A stretch of 64,000 nucleotides of DNA from contig OZ024741.1 in assembly GCA_964016885.1 (NCBI GenBank), positions 222,332,001 to 222,396,000 on the forward strand, written 5' to 3'. Position numbers and translations under genes: made by a program. Of the stretch, positions 49,258-59,826 are shown piece after piece (position 1 is the stretch's first letter; the number at the start of each line of letters is the position of its first letter). The notes below the pieces were generated by a model. The model saw only the letters and a list, made by a program, of their open reading frames with translations, was not told where the DNA came from and ran no database searches. This DNA is from Eledone cirrhosa (lineage: Eukaryota).

Positions 49258-50192
49258 GGAACGAGTAGGACCCCGACGGCTGAGCTCAAGCCGTTTCGAC
49301 GGCTAATTCTGGACTAAATGAAAATTTTTATCCTGGTATTTGAATAGCCGAGCTTCTCAAGGGGTAATTCCATATATGGTCAAAGTGATTGTCACAGGGA
49401 TTGGTCAAACGTTTGTTGTTGAGATATAATAATTCTATGATGGGAATTTGTGGAGGGAAGGGGTTGCTAAACCTGCCAGTAGGAGAAAGAGGGAGAGGGG
49501 GTGGAGGAGACCCATTCATGCGTTGATAGTGCCGACTACAGATGGGCATGAGGTCAAAGAAGATACTAGGGAGGGGGAGGGGGAGGAAGTCGAAACAGCA
49601 AGTAGAACAATAAGGGGTAAATATATAGAAAAATACTGAGAGTGTTAAAAAGCAAATAAATGTAAAAAAAAACAAAAAAAAAACAATTTCTGGTTACTAC
49701 GACCTAAGTCTCTCACTGGTACTGCTAGGCTAAAAAAATATACTAGATGGGACGGAATTATAAATTATAATTCCGTCCCACCAAGTATATTTTTTTAGCC
49801 TAGCAGTACCAGTGAGAGACTTAGGTCGTAGTAACCAGAAATTGTTTTTTTTTTGTTTTTTTTTACATTTATTTGCTTTTTAACACTCTCAGTATTTTTC
49901 TATATATTTACCCCTTATTGTTCTACTTACTGTTTCGACTTCCTCCCCCTCCCCCTCCCCCTCCCTAGTATCTTCTTTGACCTCATGCCCAGCTGTAGTC
50001 GGCACTATCAACGCATGAATGGGTCTCCTCCGCCCCCTCTCCCTCTTTCTCCTACTGGCAGGTTTAGCAACCCCTTCCCTCCACAAATTGCCATCATAGA
50101 ATTATTATGTCTCAACAACAAACTACTACCCTAAGTATTGAGTACTTTGGTGCGTTATGGTCCACTTGGTTCCTTACCACATTTCCTCCGTT
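49256..50192 (+). mobile_element. Penelope-like fold-back element B, sister subfamily of A
   Basis: Near-perfect palindrome about 49410-50121 centred on GGGACGGAATTATAAATTATAATTCCGTCCC; the + arm lacks the hammerhead segment; same 3' end as element A. Confidence 0.85.
49270..49365 (-). ncRNA. Type-I hammerhead motif, U3-A8 variant
   Basis: ACCCC-UUGAGAA-G...C-GAAAC-GGCU(UGAGCUC)AGCC-GUC-GGGGU; stem III has G-C where element A has G-U. Confidence 0.7.
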
Positions 50193-50894
50193 ATATATAT
50201 ACATATATATATATATACATATATAAATATATACATATATATATGTTATACTTTGAGAGGCTTATGCTGCCAATAAAAAAACACATACACCTGTTGGGTT
50301 TCACTTCAAATTATTATTATATGCTAATCAGTTTGTTTAATAACAAGATGGATGTTTATTTGTTGATTCTCATCAAAGTTCTTTTGTCATATATTCTGTG
50401 ACCTCCTCAGTGACTACTTTTGTTATTTTGTGTCTCTCTTCTGTTCTGTCTTATACCATCTTGTTTTATATATTCTTCCTTCCATGCTGATATGAGTTGA
50501 ATACATAAAAGGAGGAGAGACAGTGATGGGAAGGAAGCTTTATGGTGGTTGTTGGTGAGGAGATTGAATAAAACAATCATTGATTGGGAAAGAAAGGGGA
50601 ATGGAAGAAGATGTAACAGAAATAAGAGAGATCAATGGCAGAGAGCGGAATGACGTATACATACTAGTGGCCTCCCAGCCTCCCTGCCTTCTCCCCCTGT
50701 CTGTACTGTGCTTAAATCTATTCATAAGGCAGCTATTCTCATCTGTTGTAATGTCCATTTTCCTTAGAATAAAAGATGTTAAAAGGTATTTAAATATTGT
50801 ATAACATAATTTTTAAAATTTATTCAAAATACCTAAATACAGAAAGTAATAAAGAAAAGAATAGGAAAATGTATTCTACAAAAATTATAAAACA

Positions 50895-51200
50895 TTTACA
50901 GAACTTCAGTATATACAATGATTTTAGTGTTTATGAATGTATACGTCTGGCTAGCTCAAGGGATCATTTGTGAGAGATTTTGTTGATAGCATTCACTGTG
51001 ATGTTTTGGGGAGCAAGGATTGCTCTTTTACACAGCAACTCCTTATTGGAATGGTGGATTTGTAAATTGGGAAACACTTAATTAATTAAGTTTACAACAC
51101 TTTCCACAACAGTACAAAATGATGAAGGATCAAAACATCCTTCAGTATCAAGGGATTGCTGTTCTACAAATTGAAATTGTTGAAAGATGCTTATCTATAA
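50895..51200 (-). mobile_element. Helitron RepHel PIF1-like helicase remnant, internally deleted
   Basis: FCTVVESVVNLIN*VFPNL...LCKRAILAPQNITVNAINK joined to the terminal NTKIIVYTEVL*. Confidence 0.8.
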
Positions 51201-51361
51201 CTTTGAGGTCCCCTTCCATTCCCACTTCTGTTATTTGCACAGAAGAAATCTCCAAGGTTAGGAAAATCTCAGTTCTACTCCTTTTGCCCCCACCCATTCC
51301 ATTTTCAGAAAAAAGAGTGATATATAATAAAGAAAGAAAATAACAGAAAATTATAAAACAT

Positions 51362-51700
51362 TTACCGAACTTCAGTATATACAATATTTTAAACTTTTTT
51401 CTTTGGCGTATATATGAAACGTTTGTGGGGTTTTCCTAGTCTGGAATAATCTACATACCATTGACCATGTGAGAAACAGCCCTCTTCTAGATGGAGACCG
51501 ACAACCTGCAGGGTTTGACTTTGGGACTTATTAATGGTCATTGTGTAACTGACTCTCCCTGGGAATTACAATCATTTGAAATGAAAGGGGATATCTCTTG
51601 GTATTAGCGGCATTCTAGGTATAAAGGAGTTTGGCTTTGATAATATGAAGCTGTAGTTCAGTCATAACCATACGCATCTCATTGCACAATCTTGGATCTA
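51362..51700 (-). mobile_element. Helitron RepHel helicase C-terminal remnant
   Basis: PRLCNEMR...FIPRMPLIP..IPFHFK*L*FP...MTINKSQSQTL.VVGLHL...CFSHGQWYV..SR...NIVYTEV, matching the C-terminal PIF1 motifs. Confidence 0.9.
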
Positions 51701-51704
51701 ACTG

Positions 51705-51823
51705 TTGAAACGGCCGGAGCTCTGCCGTCGGGGTCCTGACTCTTTTCACGTTACCCAATCTACTACCCTAAGTATTGAGTACTCTTGTGCGTTATGGTCC
51801 ATACCCTCTTTGTTATATATATA
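51705..51823 (+). mobile_element. 5'-truncated Penelope-like 3' end, related to elements A and B
   Basis: GAAAC-GGC(CGGAGCUCU)GCC-GUC-GGGGU, then CTACTACCCTAAGTATTGAGTACTC...GCGTTATGGTCC, then (TA)n. Confidence 0.75.
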
Positions 51824-51841
51824 CATATGTATATATATATA

Positions 51842-52143
51842 TAAATAAATATCTTTAAGTCGTTTGGAAGCCTCGACAATGCAAATGGGTAAATCTCCGG
51901 GTAACAAGATCCGGTGGTGGAGAGAGAGATGTAAGTGGGTGTACATTGAGATGCGTGGTGTGTAAAGATGTGTAAATGTGTAGAAGAAAGTAGGGAAGAG
52001 TATAAAGGATAAAATAAAAATAACAACACAAGAGAGAGTTACCTTGGGAGAGATTTAATAGTCCCTATATATTTCGGATTCACATCCATCAACTGGGGTT
52101 TTTTTCCGGTGTAAAGGTTGTCTGTCGGACAGGTGCGAAACGC

Positions 52144-52145
<2 letters not shown>
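51842..52145 (-). mobile_element. TA-flanked element with a degenerate minimal hammerhead (52063-52098)
   Basis: CCC-CAGUUGA-U-GGAU(GUGA)AUCC-GAAAU-AUAUA-GGG; two core positions are non-canonical. Confidence 0.5.
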
Positions 52146-52205
<60 letters not shown>

Positions 52206-52497
52206 AATGAGTGAAAAATAACACGGATAGGCTATACAGTAGGGTTTATTCTAAGTACCAAATGTTTCATTGTCCCGGTGTATCTCAAACCCGCTATCTG
52301 TAGTGCTACTTTGACATTCGATTTTAAGTACAGTTACCACCAACCAAATTATCAAAATACTAGTTCGATATTGTTGGTACAATGCATTTATACTGAACGT
52401 TAGAATCATCCACAGTAGACATCACTCATGACCTCTACTTCGATTACCATAAACAATACCTCGTTTAATTAAATATATATATATATATATATATATG

Positions 52498-52731
52498 TTA
52501 TGTTGGTACCACAATACATCCAGCCCACACTGTAAAGTGGTCGTGTAAAAGACATGGCAAAAAGCACGCAGTACACACTGTAAATGTGGTTGGCGCTAGG
52601 AAGGGCATCCAGCCATCGAAAACCAGCCAGAAACAGTCGTATATGAGTAAGAAACGGACACCCGACCCAACTTGCCTCTAAACAGGACAAACCTGTCTGA
52701 ACTATGCTGGCGTGGAAGATGGATGTTAAAC

Positions 52732-52765
<34 letters not shown>
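52498..52765 (+). mobile_element. RTE 3'UTR/tail fragment
   Basis: GGAAGGGCATCCAGCC, the RTE tail and (GAT)n; between (TA)n tracts. Confidence 0.85.
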
Positions 52766-52813
<48 letters not shown>

Positions 52814-53169
52814 CACATATAATTATATATATATATAAGGATTAAGTCATTACATTCCTTATATTCTATTCACTGTCATACACCCATTTGATGATTTACA
52901 ATTTCTAGCACAGCAATGTTTTACATTTTGTTAGTCCATGTAATTAGCACTGATATTGGTAGCTAATTAAGATATATATTAAGAAGTGTGCTTAGCAGCT
53001 GAAGTGTATGATAAAGCTGTATATGTATATATACTGGGGGGATTACCGAGCCAGCACCAATATGTATATAAATATACACATTTTTAATATGTAGGCATGT
53101 AAATATATATATGTGTATATATCACATAAGAAATGGAGAATCAGTGGTGGGGACGAATTAAGATTTCTT

Positions 53170-53266
53170 AGACATATTACAATCGTTTCTCTGGTGACCA
53201 GCTCGAGGCACGATCGATGCAATGATCGAACCTGACTCTGAAATCGCAAGATCCTCAGATACGTCT
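53170..53266 (-). ncRNA. Type-I hammerhead motif, long stem II, in a TA-flanked element (53033-53296)
   Basis: AGACGUAU-CUGAGGA-UCU...AGA-GAAAC-GAUU-GUA-AUAUGUCU: 8-bp stem I and an intact core. Confidence 0.8.
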
Positions 53267-53317
53267 CGATCTTTCGAAGCAGAGTTTCCAAAAATTATAT
53301 ATATATATATATATATA

Positions 53318-53698
53318 TGTAAATTTTGAGTATATGTTGGTTGTTTACCGACACCTCAGTATGCAGGTTGGAGCACTCGACGAAGTACGCAGGTTGGTTT
53401 GTTTACTCTGGAGTAATGTAAAATAATTAAGTCAAATATGTAAAATTTGGCTTCGTTTAAACATATGATTCCAGTTCCTCAGAGAAATAACAACACAACC
53501 AGGAGCTGGTCATACCGATGTATTGACGGAGTAAAATACACTTCAACAACATGTGTACCTGTCTTTCCCACACCAATTCGGAATGCCTGAAGAGGTCACA
53601 GCGAATGATGGCTGTCACCGAAATATATATAGCAGTGTATATCTATAATTTATAATAAACGAAGCCAAATTTTATATATTTGACTTAATTATTTTAAA
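53318..53698. mobile_element. Fold-back element with a hammerhead
   Basis: Inverted arms 53420-53459 / 53656-53696; minus-strand extension with TCGAGTGCT ending at (TA)n. Confidence 0.7.
53584..53634 (+). ncRNA. Minimal type-I hammerhead motif
   Basis: UGC-CUGAAGA-GGUCACAGC(GAAUGAUG)GCUGUCACC-GAAAU-AUAU-AUA-GCA. Confidence 0.8.
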
Positions 53699-53702
53699 TA
53701 TA

Positions 53703-54335
53703 TACTAGCAGTGGTACCCGGCGTTGCACAGGATAAGGTATTTTGGAATGCGGGCCGCCAACAGACCTAATCGTGGTAAAACTGCATGCCTGGACAATAT
53801 GTAAAGAAAATAAACCGAATATTCTGATGGCTGGATAATCTAAGATTTTCCTCAATGAAACAGGAAAAAGGCAGGTTTTCACCTAATGTGGGCCCTAGGG
53901 GAATCAAGAAAATGATTTTTTTTTATATGCATAATATACTAGAAAATCGGCTAGACGCAACGGCTCAAAAAAGCCCTAAAAAGCTGGAAAAAATGAAGTT
54001 TTTCGCCTAATGTGGGCTCTAGGCCATACAAAAGTTGGATTTTCTTTGCTCACGGTATGAAGAAGAGACTGACTAATACATAGTTACAATTTCAAGGAAA
54101 TCGGTCTGATGTAACGCCTCAAAAAACACCTAAAAAGCTGGAAAAAACGCAGATCTAGGGGGATCAAAAAGTTGAACTTTGTTTATGTGCATAACACTCC
54201 CTGAAATATAAGTAATACACATGTAAAGTTTGAAAAAGATCGGTTGGGTACTTCTCGGGTTTCACACACACACACACATACACGCATACACACATACACA
54301 CATACACACATACATCCTTCCTCAGTTTTATATAC
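53703..54335 (-). mobile_element. Non-autonomous Helitron-type element
   Basis: Reverse-complement homolog of 33495-34143; 3' end GCAACGCCGGGTACCACTGCTAG. Confidence 0.8.
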
Positions 54336-54369
54336 ATACATTTCATACATATATATATGTATATATATA

Positions 54370-55125
54370 CATGTGGTTGGTTTTAGGAAGAGCATCCAGC
54401 CGTAGAAAACCTGCCAGACAGTCCTATACGAGCAAGACGACCAATCTTGCCTCAAGTGGGACAATTCTCGAGATCCATGGACGAGTTCTCTCCAGCGCTC
54501 TCTGTCCCTCATTATCGCTGCCATGTCCTACGTCTCCAACAGACCAGTGTCTGTCCTAAGAGCATCAACATACGTTAACCTTGGTCTTCCTCTTCCAGTG
54601 TGTCCATGTAGGGGCTCCCACAGGAGCACTGAGTGCAATGTCAACTCTGGATGTCGGTGAGCATGTCCAGCTAACCTCAGTCTCCTCTGTGTCACTTTTG
54701 AGCTGACTTTTGGGAGGCTCCCATACAGCTCTTAGTTTTTCATCCTCAGTGTATACTGATTAATGTTCAGAGCCATCCTCAGCATTCTCGTGTAGCACCC
54801 ATCCACCATCTCAGTGAGTTTCTTGGTCAGTGTCCAAGTCTCAGACCCGTACAGCAGCACAGACTCCACTACAGCAATGAAGAGGCGTATTTTCAGGTCT
54901 TCACGAAGGTCCGACTTCCATACCGATCTGAAGCTGTGGCACGCCGCCCAGGCTTTGCTCTTCCTCTCAACCACATCCTCTTCCGTATTCCCAATCTTTG
55001 CTCCCAAATACAGGAAGTCCTCAACTAATTCCAGCAGCTTCCCGCCTACATTAGTAATCTCCTCTGGCTTCTCAACTTTCTCTACCAGACATTTTGTCTT
55101 AGTCTCATTCTCAGCCCCCACTCAT
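54370..55125 (-). mobile_element. Third RTE-type LINE family 3' fragment, joined to an RTE tail fragment
   Basis: VEDFLYLG...VESVLLYGSETWTLTK...YTRMLRMALN...RRLRLAGH..RH...LLWEP..G..RGRPRLTY; 54370-54467 is a UTR piece of the other family in the opposite orientation. Confidence 0.88.
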
Positions 55126-55167
55126 CGACAGTCTCAACTTCCTGCATCAAATCCTCTGCCTCCTTCA

Positions 55168-55203
<36 letters not shown>

Positions 55204-55375
55204 AGGTGCATTATTGGTTGTGTAAAATGGTCCAATAACTTTATGTTAGCAATATTAAGTTCTTCACGCTTTTGTATATCTCCAATTCCATTCGAGGGAA
55301 CAACTAGATGATGAAAAACGGAGTATAAGTATCAAAATGAAAATCCGAAGGCAAGGTAAAATTCCAATCATTTAA

Positions 55376-55449
55376 TCACGACACATGTTTCAATAAGAGA
55401 TAGATCGATTATGAAGCCATGATCGATTATCACTGATCTCATCAGGTGA
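55376..55449 (-). ncRNA. Type-I hammerhead motif
   Basis: UCAC-CUGAUGA-GAU...AUU-GAAAC-AUGU-GUC-GUGA, with an AUCGAU/AUCGAU inner hairpin. Confidence 0.8.
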
Positions 55450-56790
55450 AAATGAATTGTCTTCAAATTATTGATATGAGGGAGAAAAATAACGATGTTC
55501 TCTCACAGAATTCATTCCCGCATATGGAGACCCACCAGTCAGTCAGAGACACGGCGACTGCTATTAGCTTCAGTTGAGGTCATAAAAGTTTTCAGATTTC
55601 TATCGCTGCAAAAGACGATGGACATCAATCAAATCTGTAGGGATACAGTCAGTCATAGTTAAAAGTGAGTGGGTACACACACACCCCACAACTACATACA
55701 TCGGCTCGAGGTCAAAGAAAAATATATACATATATATACACACATCAACATAGTATTAAACCCGTAGAATTAGCGTGGGTGGGTACACACACACTTACAC
55801 ACACACCGAAGCGATGTCCGAGAAAAAAACAAATATAATAAAACAAATATAAGAATGTACCAACACAACACTCACCGAAAGTTAGTTCACAAAGCAACAG
55901 AAGCTATGTCAGTCAAATCTCAACTTGACGATGTAAATTGGAAATATTGGGTTAACCAACGCTACACACATACACACACTCACACACACAAAAACGCGCG
56001 CGCGCAAGTAAGTTCAGTTCAGTGTATAGATCGAATTGTAACATCCATATCTTCAAGTGTGTGTTTTGGTATATACACATCCGAATCGTCCAAAAAAAGG
56101 GGGGGGGGGAAGGTATGTCCGGGTATATACACATAGATGTGAAGAGCAAGCAATCAGCTCATGTCGAACTCCTTGTGTACCGTTGTCCTGTTGAGAATCA
56201 GAGTCACCAAATCCGTGCGTGCAAGCAACTGCAATGTGGGCCGGCAAAGGGCTCCGTGTAGGGTTGGGTATTGGGTAAATGAGTCCGCAAGTGCGATTTC
56301 CCGTCACATGGGTCAATGAGATTTGACTGACATAGCTTCTGTTGCTTTGTGAACTAACTTTCGGTGAGTGTTGTGTTGGTACATTCTTATATTTGTTTTA
56401 TTATATTTGTTTTTTTTCTCGGACATCGCTTCGGTGTGTGTGTAAGTGTGTGTGTACCCACCCACGCTAATTCTACGGGTTTAATACTGTGTTGATGTGT
56501 GTATATATATGTATATATTTTTCTTTGACCTCGAGCCGGTGTATGTAGGTGTGGGGTGTGTGTGTACCCACTCACATTAACTGTGACTGACTGTATCCCT
56601 ACAGATTTGATTGATGTTCAGCGTCTTTTGCAGCGATAGAAATCTGAAAACTTTTATGACCTCAACTAAAGCTAATTGCAGTCGCCATGTCTCTGACTGA
56701 CTGGTGTGTCTCCATATGAGGGAATTAATTCTGTGAGAGAAGATCGTTATTTTTTCTCCCTCATATCAATAATTTGAAGACAATTCATTT

Positions 56791-56864
56791 TCACCTGATG
56801 AGATCAGTGATAATCGATCATGGCTTCGCAATCGATCTAGCTCTTATTGAAACATGTGTCGGGA
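56791..56864 (+). ncRNA. Type-I hammerhead motif, mirror copy
   Basis: Same core as 55376-55449; the 3' strand of stem I reads GGGA (one mismatch). Confidence 0.7.
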
Positions 56865-56905
56865 TTAAATGATTGGAATTTTACCTTGCCTTCGGATTTT
56901 CATTT

Positions 56906-56997
<92 letters not shown>

Positions 56998-58879
56998 GTA
57001 TGTATATAATGATTAAGTCATTATATTCTTTATATTCTATTCACTGTCATACATCCATATGCTCTGATATGATGATTTACAATGTCTAGCACAGCAGTGT
57101 TTTACAAAGTTTTGTTAGTTCAGCATACCTTTGATTGTAAGTCGAATCAGACAACACGCTCCTCCTTAAATCTTTTGTAGTGGCAGCTGAAGTTTATTTT
57201 GAATTTGTTTCACATACATATTTTATTATAGTATAAATTGTAAAGAAAATATATAATGATCATGTTAAAATTTATAGTGAATACATGGCCACCTTCATGA
57301 ACAATCTTCATATAATTAACAACACACATCATTTACATAAAATAGAGAAAAACATTAGTGACTCTTATGTTATTACTTATGTCTCGCTAGATTTTTGATC
57401 TTTTCTTTAGTATTTGTGAGCAATCATCTCATGTCTTGAATGAGGCTTAATTCCATTCCGTTCTTAGTGTTATATTTTGTTATTGCACGATATAATGTTT
57501 GTATTAAAAAAAGAGAGAGAAAAATATTTCAAATGGGGAGAGTAGGGGAAAGGTGTGAAGGAGCCTTTACACCCCAGTTTGAGTGATATATTTCTGGTGT
57601 GCCCTGCAGACAAAATGGCAAAGGCATTGCTGTGGAGAACAGACAGCAACACCCAGTTTACCTCACAAGGCTCTTTCCTTAAGCAGGATGCAATTCTCCC
57701 AATTTTGCAGAAGAAAACTGAGGTTCAGGGACCAAGGACAATGAAAGACTCAATGGCATGTGGTTTGAACAGGAAGTGGTCAGTTAAGTCCCAGTATTTT
57801 TTATATGCAGCATATAAGAAAATGTAGTTTGGCTGAAAGAAGTTGTAAAGAATAAAGTTATTAATTATTAGCACTATGTTTGCAATTTGAAGATATTTAG
57901 CAAGCTATTTTAATTAAAATTCTGCTAAGGAAAGAAACTGGTAAAAAGATGTGACTGGATTTCTTTCTATGTAGTTTGAGCATTTCCTCTTTAAGGTTTC
58001 ATTTATGTCCGATGCCAGATCCAGTTGTCAACAATTTCTTTTGGCATGTACTCTTCCAACATATTCTGAAACTTGGATAAATGATATTACTAATTCCTTG
58101 TTTCAACAATTTCCAACAGTTCTCCAACAGATCTTCCAAGCTGGAGAAATAGAATTCTTTTTCTATTTGGTGCTTCCAAAGTGATACCTTTTCTACAAAG
58201 GTTTCAAAATATGTTGGCTTAAAATCTTTGCATTGAGAGGTTCACTTCATTCAGATGGTTAAATCATCATCATCATCAGCATCAACATTAACGTTTGTTT
58301 TCCATTCTAGCAAGGGTTGGATGAGTCATCACAAACCAAGTCAGTACTTAATTGGAGCAACTGACTTTTTAGATGGTCAAGGTGACCGCTTCTTGTTCCC
58401 ATATGTTCTTGCACTCTACAGATTGTTAAATCATTATCATCACCAACACCACTGTTTAAATATGTTTGATAACTAAGCTATGGAGAAAAAAAATTCATTG
58501 TTCTTAAACTTTTCTGCCAAATTGTTTCTATATTCTTGGGAGGAAATGATTATTTACTCAGACGTTATCACAACTCAATACAGAATTTGATATTCCCTTC
58601 TTAATTCCTTTCAGAAAGACTTGAAAATCCTATGATTGAAAGCTTTGCCTCGAATGAAATTTACAGTTTTTAATCATAATATCCATAACTTCTTGAAATT
58701 TAAATATTAAATTTAAATATGAAGTGTAGAGTGGCAAGTTTTTTTTTTTTTTAATATGTGAGGCACTGTCTCTTCCACCAGAGCTGCAAAACCAGAATTG
58801 TGGCCAATCAATACTGTTCTATGGTCAGCACACACTGAACCTGAATTGTGGCCAAACATTGCTGTTGTATGATTAATAC

Positions 58880-59035
58880 CAGAGTGGGATTTACGTATAA
58901 GCTAAACAAGCTACAGCTTAGGGCCCCCACACAAAAAACAGCGACAATTTGTCGCTGACATAGGACATCTGGACATATAAAGGGCCCCATTATCTTAAAT
59001 AGCTTAGGGCCTCATCAAATCTAAATCCGGCCCTG
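58880..59035. mobile_element. hAT-like MITE
   Basis: Imperfect TIRs CAGAGTGGGATTTA / TAAATCCGGCCCTG and internal TAGGGCCCC repeats; similar ends near 5846 and 6582. Confidence 0.6.
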
Positions 59036-59080
59036 GTTAATACATACAGATCCAAGTATGTTCTACTCTGATTCATTATA

Positions 59081-59306
59081 TTAACCCTTTAGCATTTACA
59101 TTACTCTATATTTACTATTATATTTTCACTGTAATATAATTATCTCACATAATATAGAATCTATGAGATTTTGATATTATTTATTTTGAGAACAACACCT
59201 TAACATCAGTATGAGTAGCTGGTTACGGCTTGTTACAGCTGGTTTGAACAGAAAGAGGTGAGAGAATTCTGGCTGAATACAGCCAGTTTAAATACTAAAC
59301 AGTTAA
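59081..59306. mobile_element. TTAA-flanked MITE (piggyBac-type)
   Basis: TTAA|CCCTTTAGCATTTA ... TAAATACTAAACAG|TTAA. Confidence 0.8.
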
Positions 59307-59826
59307 AAAAACATCACCAAGAAGTAAAACATCAACAACTTTCGTTGTTGTTGAGCAATGATTCACAAAACAAAAACTTATCTTTCAAGGTATTATCATG
59401 CATGTATCAAGTATACACAGCCTACTGTTTGAGATATCAGTTGATTTATCCATTGGAATACTGATGAGATATGAGGATTCCTTTTATATCATTTGTCAAC
59501 TGGACAAGGACATCTCAACTCATTTCAGTCACTCAATTTGCAATAGTAATACTGGAGAGAGGGACATTTGGATTTTCTTTGCTGCTTCTTTTACAAGGAT
59601 AACTACTGCCATTTAAAAAAAACATGGGTAGACAATCTTTTCTGGTTGTAATGGTTGTCATGATGGTGCTTATATATATATAGTGATGCTGATTGTCATG
59701 AAGGTGATGATGGTAATGAGTCGAGAGAAGGGCTTTTTCCTTGATAAAAATATTTGCCATTTCAAACAAAGCTTGTAGAACTGGTTTTCATGAATATCAG
59801 AATCCAAAGTGAGGAAGTGTTCTTTT

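Larger units (their letters stand above)
55201..56910 (-). mobile_element. Large Penelope-like fold-back element
   Basis: Highly similar inverted arms of about 590 bp (55330-55922 / 56317-56910), a spacer of about 395 bp and a 130-bp one-sided extension; long (TA)n on both sides. Confidence 0.85.

Noticed and set aside
52203-52465. Possible minus-strand hammerhead (GAAAC-AUUUG-GUA) in a TA-flanked segment
   Set aside because: No CUGANGA partner found; it may be a truncated element but a ribozyme is not supportable.
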